Assembly: GCA_043228905.1 (NCBI GenBank)
Contig: JBHGNT010000013.1
Location: forward strand, 19,158,001-19,222,000
Length of the DNA stretch: 64,000 nucleotides
DNA from: Azolla caroliniana
Taxonomy: Eukaryota > Plantae > Polypodiophyta
Direction of reading: 5' to 3'
Each line of letters begins with the position of its first letter. Within the stretch, counting starts at the first letter, position 1. Below, one piece after another: positions 46,981-61,097 of the stretch. The notes under the pieces are model-generated. The model saw nothing but the letters and a program-made list of their open reading frames with translations. It was not told the DNA's origin and ran no database searches. The position numbers and the translations under genes were made by a program.

Positions 46981-47561
46981 TGTGACAGGGTAGGAGTCGG
47001 AAGACGGAGAACCAGAGTTTGGAAGCAGTGTGAACCGGATAAAGTATGAACCGGAGGAAGGGAGGATATCATAGGAAATGAAGTAATTAGTAAAAGTGAA
47101 ACGTTGTAATAGAAATAGATTAAAGAGATATTATGAGGTGCTAGATTCGAGAAGATGTACCGATCCGGGTAGACACTGCTTTGTATTAGAACCGGCTACC
47201 TATATAAGGGGTCTGGATTGTATTGTTGAGGAGTGAGTAATATAGGCATTGTTGTTATATATTGTGCACTTGCCTTCTACACTTCTATGTTTTGATCTTA
47301 TGTGTGTTAATTCATATCCGGATTGTATACCGAATAGTATATATCTATATATCGGAGAACGTAACCGAATGACTAGTAATTGTAAGAAGGCATAACACCA
47401 TCCCTCCTACCTCACCTTTGGATAGTATTCCGGAAGGGAATACATTGTGTTTGTGACTAAGAATTAGTCCAGGATAAACATGCACCCTAAAGACTAACCG
47501 AACTAACATATTAGCTTGTTAAGCACTTCCATTCACCATGATGAACTGACCACCTATAACA
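46981..47561 (+). repeat. Putative solo LTR
   Basis: It begins TGTGAC, has TATATAAGGG at ~47201 and ends TAACA. Flanks share only AGT/AAGT, so the boundaries are unsure. Confidence 0.4.
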
Positions 47562-50060
47562 AGTCCAAGGATAAGGCACTGCCCTCCATGGATCACCGTC
47601 CCTGAATGCTAGTTTGTTGCACCAGCTTGACGATCGTGTTTAAAAAGTGATGAACATTTGATATATCCATTGCATGGTAAATGAATATTCCCATTATAGC
47701 CAATGTCTTATCATTTCACGAGTGCACCTAAGATTCATGGGTATTCAAGGTTATTACCTACATTGTTTTTGTTTCTCTTTTTCATTATACATACAAATAA
47801 ATATGCCTTGTTGCGAGTGTTGTAGGGTCTAGCTATGCAATTTCAATGTTACAACTTAGAACCATCAATATTTTTCTTAAGGATTTCATTGAAGAACTGA
47901 TTCAAGGTTAACCTTAAAAAACAAGACAATATTTGAGACAAAGTATTTTTCTTTCCAAGAGGAGCCCTTTTTGGTCAATACATCATCCACATTCAAGGTT
48001 GTGATGTATTTATTGTTGTCACGCCTAGAGAACACTTGTAAGACCCTCTTGAGTTGACTATGGAGAATACCTCTACTCTTTTTACAATTTTTCTTTTGTG
48101 CCCTCTATATCGTAACAATAAATGATGTCCAAAACTGTCATTACAATTGAATCTAGATCACATCTCTTATTACCCCCAGATATCACTTTCTGAAAACCAT
48201 GAGAAGTGCTTGTCAACGAGGAGCCTCTATTTCAAGCACCTGAATCCCTTAACGTGATTCTTGATGCTTGTCGATGAGGAGAAGTGATTGATCTAATGAG
48301 GGAAAACTAAAGTGGCTCATCTTACTTTGGCAAATGGGAGTTTCCCAACATTATTATGGAGTGCGATTGTGGTTGTTACTTTGTGGAAATAACTATCTTC
48401 ATATTAGTTCAAGTAGTTTAAGCAAAATGTAGAAGGTTATAAACATGTCAATGAGAATTGAACTTTTGTGTGTGTGATAAGCTCAAATGGGATGGGATTA
48501 TGCATCAACTAAAACTGGATCCAACATACGAGTATGTAGATTCTAGGTGCTTTTCTAGACATTTCATGAAAAAGGATAAAGTTTTGTGTGTCTCCCTCTA
48601 TCAATGTATCATGTTTTTTTATTTAACACACCTAATGATCAATATATCTCATGGTGATTGGTTACAACAAACAAACAAACACCTTTGAAGCCCTTCCAAT
48701 GTAATTTCAGGTAGCCACATGGCCAAGATCGTTTTTTAAGATTTGATTGAATGTTTTCAAGTACCATTTACCAAATTTATAAGATGAGATTATCTTACAT
48801 TGAAATGATTGCTTGCAATCTTTGTACATGAGAGTACACTGAACATATTGAGAATAGGGGTATAATTTTTAAAACATTAGTTTTTTAATTTTCTAAAGAT
48901 GGAGGGCTTTCTTTAAGAATGTGGAAGTAACTTTCTCAATCGCACACCCAATATAAGCATTTAAAAGTTATGGACAAACACATAATCAATACATACATGG
49001 GTATACATACCTATGAACTCGACAAAAAGAGGAGTAGTATTTCACATCAAAGAAAATCTTTCTCATCTAAGCAATGATAATTGATTCGTTAGAGCATTGC
49101 CTATTCTTTCATGATGTGTCAACCATTATTAGACAAGATCAAGGTTGCAAAAGTATTTTACATTCTTCGGAGACACTCCCCAAGATAAAGTTAAGGTTAG
49201 ATTGGCTCTTTAGTGATGGAGAACATCCAACTTCTTTTGAGATTGTTGTTCACATCATGAAGGGAAGACAAGTTTGTAAGGTAGAATTGACATTTTATAC
49301 CTTTGAACTCCAAAGAAGATAGAAAATTTATATTGACTTTATGACCAAGTTTACATAGGAATGTAGCAGAGTCACATTATCAATCAAACTACTTATATTT
49401 GTTTTTCTAAAAGACAAATAAAAAATCAATGCACTGAATTAGAAAACACTAGATTTGGCACTATTACAATAATCTAAATGTAATATGCATGCCTATGGAC
49501 ACATCAGTTTGCTAGAAAACCATAAATAAACGAGTGGGAAGAATCAATTTGGAGTGAGTAGACTCTAGCTACTTAGTTGTATAATATTCAATTGTACTTA
49601 ACATAGATCACCACAGATGGAGATTCATGGTGCACAAAAACTTGATAAAACGTGGTGTGTAAGGTTGCAACAAATTTCGATGCACCTCGAGCATTGTCTC
49701 ACAAACAATATCTATGGTACTCTTCATTGTTGAGTTGAAATACCAACCTTGTGGGTGGGATATATGTTTTTCTTTATTGTTTCATCTCATGCTTCGACCA
49801 AGATTTAGGTCATAATCTTGGGTTGGTTTGCATAAAATCTTCCTTGAAGTTCTATTCGTTGGTACTTTGAAGTACATGTTGAGAATTGGAAAAAAGTCAT
49901 TTTTCATGCCATTTGGAAAACCATGTACATACATAAATTGCAGAGGAGAAAGACTTTGTATCCTTAAAGTGTACAAAAAAACATAATGTGATGATACTAG
50001 GTCACAAGATGCACCATCAACATATATGTACATGTCTTTTCAATGTATTGTGATGGATAG

Positions 50061-50167
<107 letters not shown>

Positions 50168-53100
50168 TATATTGTACAATAATGTGTATGTATGAAGGTT
50201 TTGGAGACACTTTGTTTTAAAATCACATATATAGATATATGACCAAATATTATCTTGTATAAAAATAATAATATCCTTCTCTAGTTAACCACTCCTTTCT
50301 CTATATTTTGTTTTCTTTACTTACATCATCGTATTTTCAATGAGAAAAGACCCCAATATATCAGTTAGATATAGGACACACACATAAATTAGATACTCTT
50401 GGATTTGATAAGGTCTACGTTTCCTCCTGTGAGCATGTACTTATTCTAAGAGAGGTGCATGTCCTTGTGAATAGCCTGGCTAAAGCCAGGTCCCTTGTTG
50501 TCAATATATATGCAAGATCCTTCTTTAATGCTAGACCAAGAATATATAGACCTTGAAATGAAAAACAACGAATCGGATAAAAAGCATCATGTCACCTGGG
50601 ATTGAAGTATGAGATTGATTTGTAATGATCGGGCCTTGCGTATCAAAGTTTCCTCAACAATGGTTAAATTGGAATTATATGAAGAGTAGATCATAAAATT
50701 AGACCCATCTAAAGATATTGTTAAACCTCGAGACAATATAACAAGTATCGATATTTTACTTACAAGTTGGTCTTTTATGTACACAAAGAATTAATATTTA
50801 TTCTAAAGATGGGGAAAACTCCAGAAATTATCCTTATTTTCACGATGGTCCCTACATTTCTGATTTCTTGTTATTTCCCCAAAGGTCCTTGGTTACTCCA
50901 TATGAGGAATTGATCTTTAGTTTATCACATTTTCATCGTTCTTTGGATTAAGGCATTTAGGAAACAGTGGAAAGTTAGGGGCACTTGGGGAGAGAAAGAA
51001 AACCTAGAGAACAATTTTAGAGTTTCCCGATTTAAACTAAACCTTTCATGGTTGTATAATCTGGCACGTATGTGTATCTTTTTTTTTAATCTTGAATGTC
51101 AAAGAGAATCTCCATTTGGCAACATTTGATGTAAAAGACTTGATTTTCATGTTGCTATCTATACAAATTTAATATAATGTGATTTTTATATGGAAAGTTG
51201 ATCAGGAAGGTACAAAGTGAAATCTTAAAGAGTTAATTTTCATGTTGCACTATTTGTTACAATTTCAAAGTAAAATCCGTTGTCATGTTAAAAGTCAATA
51301 AAGGTATGGGATGAAATAGCAAATGACTTGAACCATTCCATATTGACAAGGAATAATAGATTCCAAGATTTGAAAGAAAGAGGGTTGCATTCAACATTGA
51401 TTAAGAAAAAATTGTGCCTAACATAGTTGATTGATTTTCATTTTGAAACATTAGAACACCAAATGACGATCGTACTTGAGCTACTAGCCTATGGCATGAC
51501 ATTACATAGTAAAACACAATATAAAAGTGCTAGCTTGATGCATAGGGCTTGTAAAAACTTGACGAAATCGACAACACAATAGCATTGCCATATAAAGGAC
51601 AAAACTTACACCTTAAATCACATAAAGAATTGTTTAAAAAGGAATGGAAAAAAACATTTTGAGTTTGATTATTAAGACTCTTTGTTTTTTATTTATTTAG
51701 AACATGGAAGGAGAAGGGATGTGGTTCCACTTGTTCCAATAAATTGTCATCTTGTCTAGGTTGTGGTACACTTTGACAAGTTTGCCACACTAGTGAGATG
51801 TGAGGAACAACTAGCACAACTTTATCAAAGTCAATATGGATGAAAATTATGCAACATGAACTATTCATCACATTTTATGGCTTCAATGTTACTACTAAGC
51901 TTGTAGACAAGTTAGTGGTAATGTGTGTTTGGGTACCTTTAAGTGTCTTCTCCTGACATTAGGGGGCCATTTTATGCCTTACTTTTAGGATATATGTAAT
52001 CTAACATGCAAAAATTGTTTGCGTAGAAGATGACAATTTACAGCCCATCGATTCACCTATGATGGCAGAGGCAGAAAGCAAGTGGGCCTCTGGGAATGGA
52101 TTTGAGCCATATGAAGAGAAACTTTCATGTACGGCTCAAAGGGGGGGGAGGTTTTTACCTAGATTTCTGGGTTTTCTAGCACAAATATAATCTCATACAA
52201 ATTTCATACTAGTGAGCATGCACATTGTAAGTAATGATAGTGTGTTTGATTGTGAAATTCAGGGCTCAAGGTTAGATAGTGGCTTGGATGACCACAAAAC
52301 AAGCATCCACATGTGCATATTGGTTGAAAATGCAAATACTTGGGAAAAAATTTGAACTACCCTCACACAATATTGATTACAGATTCATACTACTAGATTG
52401 AAAGTCTAAAACCCAAATGTTTGTAAACACAATAGTATATATGATGGTCAAGTTTATAGCTTTTGGAGTCTTTGGCAATGAGTTTTTTGTTGCTTTAAGT
52501 TTAGTTAGAGCTTATGCACATAAACTCTTTGATCATAGAAGTATAGCTTTACAACATTCACATTGGGGCATTTTCCACACTCCGACGGTTAAAATTATGT
52601 ACTACTTTACACTTTAGAAGGCAATGCTAATGAAAGCACCTAGACATGTTCAAATTATTATATGTGGAATTACACATTCGATACATTTGAACCTAGAAAT
52701 ACTTGCCCTAATAATTGCAACAAGGATCAGAAGGGTTAAGATTCCACCAAATTGAGCATCAAGATCTTCACTCATCAAACTATGTAAACATGCAGCCTCC
52801 TTGCTCCATATGGTTTGTGAACATGCAATATTTATTAATGCAGCCTCCTCACTCCATATGGAACAAACCTCAGTTATTGTCTCTAACACCTCATATCCAT
52901 CAACAACTCCAGTCAACTCATGTTTTTAAACCCCCAATTATTTTTATCCAAAGATAAGTGCTTCGCTTGATACACATGGTGGTAAGTTACAAATTTGACG
53001 GGGATTAGGTGATATTTGCATATGACATTCTTATCAAAGAAAGGAAAACTAATCGTCTTATTTGGAGCGGGATAATGAACTCTAGTTTACCTTTATAATC

Positions 53101-53274
53101 CGATTATTAGAGTGTTAGCTCATAATGCCCCCCCACAATTTGGGAGCTCCATCCACTATCCAAATGGGATTGCTATCGCCGTCACTTCCTACTATAATAG
53201 GAGTTGGAGTGTAAATGAATTCCATAGAAATAAAAAGGGTCTTTGATTGTCTGAGGCAAAAATCCCTACCTTTC

Positions 53275-53346
53275 TCCTTTGTAGCTCAATGGTAGAGAGG
53301 TTGGCTGTTAACCAATTGCATAGGTTCAAAAACCTACATTTAGAAG
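53275..53346 (+). pseudogene. trnN-GUU: Degenerate organellar (plastid-type) tRNA-Asn(GUU) copy, probable NUPT/NUMT
   Basis: TCCTTTGTAGCTCAATGGTAGAGAGGTTGGCTGTTAACCAATTGCATAGGTTCAAAAACCTAC closely follows plastid trnN (TCCTCAGTAGCTCAGTGGTAGAGCGGTCGGCTGTTAACCGATTGGTCGTAGGTTCGAATCCTAC). The anticodon GTT is at 53307-53309. The T-loop and acceptor stem are damaged. Confidence 0.75.
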
Positions 53347-53991
53347 AATATCATTTATAAGGATCCAGGGCCACAGATATTGTTGGGTGGAATGACTAAA
53401 ACCCAAACATAGGAATAAATTTTACACTAACTAGTAATAATCCTTTTAAGTTATGACATGAGTGGTATTATGAGCTCTAACTCACACTCACAATCAGATT
53501 GTCAGGAGTGCTCTTATGGGTTCTAATTAACACTCATAATAATGTGACACTTTCTATTCTAATTAACCCCTATGCGGGTTAATTATCATGTTGGTTGTTG
53601 CTACCATGGGATCTTCTTCTTACAATGATTGTATTGGATCTACATCTTCAATAAGACAATATATCGGGCTTCCACAATAGGGGTCTTTCAACCATAATAT
53701 TATGTTCATGCCTTGCTTGTTTTTAAATTTGTATACTCAACGATTGAACTTTTCTACCTTTTGAAAAGAAACCATGTATCCATTGAATATTTCTCCAATA
53801 ATGAATGTTAAAACTTGATACAGAATGGATGTTAGAACAGATTAATAAAATGAGCATTGTAAATTATCTAACCAGCCATGCCTGGAGTGGAGCAGAGCTG
53901 GGCTGGACAACAGATTGTGCTTTAGCAGAAATATAAGCCAACATCTCAAAACAACATGATCAGGATGAGGACCAATTACTCACTCCTGTGA

Positions 53992-56900
53992 CTATTGAAT
54001 ATTGGAGCAAGCACGTGGACCCGGAGGCTCTATCAAACATGTGTGGATAGCTGACACAGCAGCTTCAATGGATGCATCCTCGCCCTGTGTAATATATATT
54101 TGTGGTTAGGACCCCCAAGCTTTCCAAACTATATGTCTGATTTCATCAACTCCCACATAGTAACTAATGAAACTATCAATAACATCCGTATAAATACTAT
54201 TTTAAGGCTTTTGTTCGGCAAACTTTACGGTTCTCTTAAGGTATTGTTTCAAGAAGCATGAAGTTGCGATAAGAACTGTGGTCGTGTGTGTATCACCTAC
54301 CTTCTCTTGCCAATAGAACATATTTCCATATTTCCCAGATAAACGGGACCAAAAACTGCGAGGGACGCTCAAATCAACTGCTGCTCCCACATTGAAATTA
54401 AGTATATTGCCTGTATCCACAATCATATTTAACCAAAAATTGTGTACTGCGAGAGTCGACCATACCGATATTAATAATGCATTGATCATTCACTACCTTA
54501 ACGTTTAAGCAGCTGATGATGACATCATTGACAGATATATATCAGCAATCAGGAATCAACGATTATGATCACAATAGAGATCTTTATAAATGTGGTGTGA
54601 CAGACAGCATTTCATTTCCATAACCACAATCAATGTTAAACATGCTGACATCCAAACACATATAAAAATATAAATAGAAACGAGGGGCCAGAACACTCAC
54701 CACCAAGGGATGGATCAGCAACAAATACAATCGTGTTGTCATCAACATTCCAAAAGTCCTTAATTGCTAATCCTGTTGCAGCATTAACCTCACTCTATGT
54801 TATATAAGGAAATGATTATGCTCCCATTCGTCATGTCATCTTACCCCAAGATAAGCTTATGTTCACATTCTAACAGAGCTTGTTTAGAATATAAACTAGA
54901 ACCTGGGGTATTTGGATAATTTTGAGCTAAGACTCTGAGTTTAAATCCTGTTTCCTTCTCAAGTGTGATTATTTCCTCTGCAAGGCGACCCTCCTGAATT
55001 ATGTAATAAGAAAAAATGTTATGAATGTGTATGGACAAGTTCGGTAAGGTGAAACTATCCAAGAATGCCATGATGTTATATGACCTCAAACCAGCTTTGT
55101 GACGCAATAAACTCTGGCATTTGACCTTTAAAATGCATCAAGACCATGATCATCCTGCATACAACCATATATTCCTTCCTTATTGTCCTAAGCCCCATTT
55201 ATTTTCCAGCAACCCCTTTTTCTAATATGTTATAATCCTAAATAAACATTGTCCCGCATGAATTCATCAATATCCATTTAGTACAGCCAATCCAGTCTAT
55301 ACTCGTTGTAGATCAAATCAATCAAAATTGAGGTGATTGAGTGAAATGTGTGTAACCAGCCAAGCCAATATGGATCCAATTGCAGACATCTTCCAATCAC
55401 ATTGTTTTTGGAACCTTCCATATGACAAATTTCGGGAACTGGATTAGTTATACTCACATAGTAAAATCCCAACATCAATCATAAAGGCAGCTAGACCGTA
55501 TCTAATTAAACTCTGACCCAGAGCAAGGGAACAACAGAGTACTCATAATTGAGCTGGCTATATATAATGAGATGCACATGGCCACATCAGTATTATATGT
55601 CATTTCAACAACCCTACCCTAATTTACATATATTTTCATCTCAATTAATGGACAGACATAGTTATCCCTGAATTGATTGCCTATATCGATAGCATGAGAG
55701 TAGGATCTTCACAGTACCCCAACCTAACATAGCATATGCAATAGCACTGGACCCTCGCATGGTACCCCTAACATAGCATGTGTTATGTATGAACGTGCAG
55801 CTCAAATGAAGAGCCATCTAGCTAATGATCCTTGTTTTCAGCAATTCATTTTTAAACATCTCAATGATTTTGTATTAGTATTTGACACACCTACATATGT
55901 CTTAAATTGCCAGCAAAGAAAGCACCAAACCATTCCAAGTAACAGTTATTATATAACTTTTCTATTTACAGTTTATTTCTCAGGCAAACGTCCTCATGGT
56001 TCACCAAACTGCAAAAGATCGTGTTGTTAGCTATGATGTGCATCATGGGGTAACTAATCTAGGAGTCAAATTCTTTGTTCAATAGCAATGTAGCTTCAGT
56101 AAATTTGGTGGTTCAATTGGAGTTTTACCGCCCTCTGGAATTTCTTTAGGGCAGTTTCAGGATGGATGTCTATACCTTGTTTGGCAAAAGCGAATTGATT
56201 TCTCGGTTGAAATATAAATGATAGAGAATACAAAAATATAAATCCTGCAAAATTGTACCTGACCTTCTGAGAGAAACCCTGCAGCATCAATGACAGGTGT
56301 AAATTCTTTTGGTAGTAGCTCAGGTCGATTTACTCCTGCTGGCCTTGCCATTGCAGCCTCAACTCCTGTTGGAATGAATATAGGAACATGAAAAACTGAA
56401 ACAAACACACGTGCATGTTGTTTGGTTTTAAAACAATACTCCAAGACATCACTCTGGAATTTTATATCTTGATTCATAATCTTGAAGATGAAACTATATA
56501 TTCACAGGTAATAAAGCTTTGAAGAACAATTACTTCTGTTTCTAGATACTACCAAGGTTGATGGAAGTTCTTCCATCTTCTTCATCTCTGTTTCTGATTG
56601 GATTATGGACAGCCCTCCATAGGTTGTCCCCCTACCACATACCCCGTCTTGTGTGACTGTGCATCAAATATCCACATTTGAAAAGGCTCCTTCCTATGAC
56701 ATTCTCCTAATGCAAACCCCATCAATGGTACAGATCGAACACCCCATTCAAATTCCTGATGATAAAAATTGTTTTTTCTTTGTCTCTGGGTGCCACTGGT
56801 ATACATGGTTATGAGTTGAATAGGAAATTGTATATTTGTAAATCATCTAGCAATGTCATAGAAGGACAGCGAATATGAGTTTGGATACTGGCTCAATTGT

Positions 56901-57854
56901 TTCCATCAGCTTCTTGAAGTCTACAGAATTCCAACTTGGACTTAGAAGTGTGACTTTGAGCCTTCATAAGTAGGTGAAAGCATTAGCACTGCTGATCTTG
57001 TTGGGATGGGCACCAATAATGTATCAGCATCAGCAAGATCGATACCTCACATTAGGGTTGCAAGACCTTGAAATCCTAGGTCTATGTCTAGAACCTAGCT
57101 ATCCACATAGGCTATGATCTGGCATTATGTTATTTGACTAAATATTTCGTGTGAATAGATTAACATACTTGATATACAAACTCTTCTTTATGCAGTGAAT
57201 ATTCAGGGTAAGTAGTATACATAAGGCAAACCAATGGGGAGATAATTTAGGGAAATCATTTATCTCTACGACAAGCAATGCCCATCACATTATGAAATCT
57301 GTCCATTTCCAGGGTTGTTCGCTTACAGGAAATTAATTTCCTCATCTTATGAGATCTTATCTCATAGCATACCCTGCACCGTGAATATTTATTTGCAAAA
57401 GCCACTACCTCTCAAAGTTTTCAGTGGGGTATGCTGGCCAATTAATCCCCCCATCTTCGTTTTAAACCTCTAACATATAATGAATCATGACCATCCATGA
57501 AATCAAAGTAGTGATCAGAATCGAGAAAAAAAATTAGCAAAGAAAGAAGGAAAAGGTACCGTTCATGAAAGCGATTGAAAAGCTAAGTGCTGCCACCACG
57601 GAAATCTTAGCCAGTATGTGGGAGATAGTATTATTATTATGATCATCATCATTCAACAGTGGCTGAGAAAGCTTCCCTGCACCTGCAGAGGCGAAAGGAG
57701 AGAAGGATTTGGGGGTGATTGTGGCCACACGACTCTTCTTCTTGTGCTTGGGGGGGAGGAGGAGGAGGGGACGATCATGAGGAGTAAAATAATACTGGTT
57801 CGAAATGAGCTGATGAAGCCGATAAGGCTGAATTGCTGAGGCTAACAGAGCCAT
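53992..57854 (-). CDS. TPM-domain thylakoid lumenal ~15 kDa protein 2-like; exons 57854-57560, 56365-56259, 54993-54903, 54772-54701, 54410-54301, 54084-53992
   Basis: Six GT-AG exons splice in frame. The protein has a transit-peptide-like N-terminus with a hydrophobic lumen signal, then [114 protein letters not shown]..C*. Confidence 0.9.
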
Positions 57855-59059
57855 CGTCTCCCCTGTTCTTCACCAGGTTTAGTTCCAACTTAACTCTTCT
57901 TCTATGTAACAACTATCTCTATCTAATATCTATCTAATTAATATCTATCTATGTAGTGGGAGGACTATTACTATTCTGGCTCCTCTTTATGTATGGAGTT
58001 ATGAATAGTTTTTCCGGGAGAAGGCAGTAAGAAGACTCCTTACTCTGTGCCGCCATCGATGACCATGCACCCCTCGTTGTTAAGTAGTGCGTACTATGTG
58101 TGTGCATGGTATGGCAACCCTTTCCGAACCCTCGCACCAATGTGAATCAGTCATTTTCTAGTATATTCTCATTGCTCGCAATGAAGAACGAAGCAGGGAT
58201 TGGTAGTCTTGCTTGCCACTTGCTTGTAGTGTCCACTTTCCTTTGTTAAACTCCAATGTCCCACAAAAGGAAATTCTCTAGGATGTTGGATCCCAAAACG
58301 AAGCTTTTCTTGTACACCATGCATGTCATCCTTGGAAGCCTAGAGCAGACTACACAAGTTTCAACAACTTCATCACTATGATTTGAAGGAATGTTTGTTC
58401 TCTACATTCATCATAGACTCCAAGATAAAGTTAGTTGATTTCAAGAATTTCAGGTACCAAATTTCAATAACTTCCTATCTCAACATTTCAAGTGTTGCCT
58501 TCTCACACCTTTCTACCCACACAAGAGAGACTTGCTCTTTTTTTAAAATATTTACGATATATCCCCTCCATACCGTGTCTTTTGCAGAAGCAAGATCAGA
58601 AACAAAGAGAGTGGGACCAAGGTTGAGAAAGAGAGTGAACAACCATCGACTGGTAGCAATGTAGATATGGCTTGTATATCCATCACATCCTTCCCCCCCA
58701 TCCCCTACAATCGATAGGCATCAAATTCGACAACTTATTTTGCTTCCGGACATAAGGGTCGACATCTGTAACTGAGATCCTAGTTAGCCTCACTAGATTG
58801 AAGAAGCCATGCCACACCACACTAGGCTCCGAAGGTTTGCACATTAGATTGCAAACCTTTAATTCCGATGTTCCGTGATCCTAAAATTTTGTCGGGGAGA
58901 TGCCAGAGTGCTTGAATCGGTTGTTGCGGCTTATGTCGTAGATGTTTATGAAAAAACCCTTGTCATGTGGACAATGGATTCCTTTAGCTACCATAGTGAA
59001 ATCACAGGACCCAATCTGCCTTCAGCAGAGCAAGTGCTGCAGTTTCTGCTTATTTGTAA

Positions 59060-59060
59060 G

Positions 59061-59129
<69 letters not shown>
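59060..59129. repeat. Compound microsatellite (TC)n(AC)n
   Basis: Read directly from the sequence. Confidence 0.9.
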
Positions 59130-59133
<4 letters not shown>

Positions 59134-60274
59134 CTTCCTGAAGTGGGAGTAAGCAGTCAAACGATCATAATGGTAGATATGCACAGCCAAGAATGTAATC
59201 ATCACAGTTTGGAAGGCACCTCTACCTATACTTGTTGAACCTTGTTATGAATTGAAATATTAGAAAAACAAGGATTATGTTTTTTGGTTCTAGAAATGGA
59301 CACACTTTTGCTTTTCGGAAAAAACAGCTAATTTCCGGGGGGAATAAATTGATCCCGCATGTTCTGGGATGTGAAAAGTCTATGTAAGGAGTTTAGGGTT
59401 GCAAACTCATTTTACCCTACTTCTTATATTGTGGTTTTGGTTTCCAAGAGTATATCTTTCTGATTTTTAATTGAATGTTCGTTTTCTTTTCCATATGGAA
59501 AGTATTTACATTTGATGCTTGAATGGTTGAAAATATCCATTTAGGTTTTTGAAATTAACTCATTTTTGCGTAGAACTTTCAAAAATCAAACCTATCAAAT
59601 AGGCAGACTGATCTCAAGGGAAGTAGTGGCCGAACCAAAATTTCCTCTTATTTAAATTCCTGATGCTTTATAAGGAACAGCATATTTTATAGCTTGTTAT
59701 TATCTTTTCTCATTATTTGCAAGCAATCTCTGCGTACATTACAAAAAAGCCTTACGCTATGATTTTTGAAGTCAACATGAAAACACTCTTCCTTGTTTTC
59801 TTTATGTATATTCAGATTGTCGAATGTGTTATCAACATAGACTAGTGAGGGTAATAATGTAATGGAAGACATTTAAACCCAGTTAAGAGGATTTAATAGT
59901 AATTACAATCTCTGATTAGAAAAGGGCTTATTTATGGAATTCACATTAATAACTCACTAATCCACTCATAACTCAATGTTTAAGGTGATAATTGACAACT
60001 TTTCATATTACCATCAAGATGAGGTTTACATGTAAGTGTGTACTACCTAGCCTTTGCGGCCTTAATTGTTATCTTTCCTACTAGGCCACTCTCTTAGGCT
60101 TCTTACACAAGTATTTTCATATGCTAAACGCTGATCCACAAATACACTGGCACACCAAAGGTATGGCTTGTGAAGGTATTAAAACCGCATAAAAGGAACC
60201 AAAATCCATCATGTGCCCCAAAAATGTGTGTACATGTGCATTATGTTATGACATACTAGATAGGGTACCCATCC

Positions 60275-60470
60275 TGTGCAATAATTTCCACACAGGTTGC
60301 ACAAATGGAAATGAAACATCCACGAGCAAATAGTTGTGGCTGGGAAATAAAAATATGCATCATTCATGGTATGTGCAATAATTTCTACACAGGCAGTACA
60401 AATGGAAATGAAATAGCCACAAGCAAATAGTTGTGATTGGGAATAAAAATATGCATCATCCATGGTATGT
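60275..60470. repeat. Tandem duplication of a ~98-bp unit
   Basis: TGTGCAATAATTTC.ACACAGG...ACAAATGGAAATGAAA...GCAAATAGTTGTG...AAAATATGCATCAT.CATGGTATGT occurs twice. Confidence 0.85.
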
Positions 60471-61097
60471 TACATACTTGCATAAGTTTAAACGTTGAAA
60501 GCCCCATTTAAACAAAATTATCCCTATTTGAAGCATAATTGTTTGGGAAGGGGTTGAGGCCGATATGAAAACACTTAATAATGACTTTTCTAATCTCTGG
60601 AGATTGGGTGGTCACCCATGGGTGATGGGAAAAGCTTCGTTGGAGAGGGAGAGGATTCCCCCTGCTGCCTGAAATTACTAGAATAAGGGTTTATTGAAAA
60701 ACAAAAAGGAAAATTTGAAACTAGTGCCACTATCCAGAATGAATTTTCTGCTTCTTTCTATCCCCCTCCCTCTCCATGTTGATTGTCTTACTGCCTTCTT
60801 TCTCTTCCTGCCAGTCTGCATCATCTTCCAATCTCATGCTCAACCTAACTTAGTAAATCCATGACATATGCTTCCTTTTCTATATAGTTGAATTATGTGT
60901 ACACATGATAAAACAGTAGTTTTCAAAGTATTTCTGCTTCATTATCATTAATTCTTATGTTCATCACAGGAAAACCATATCCTTTGCTTTTCAAGAATGA
61001 GGATTGGTCGTAGGCATTCTCAGGGGTTAATAGCTCCGATACTTCAACATGGACAGAAGAAGATATTTTATCAGAATATTTTTTTGGAAGTAGAAGA

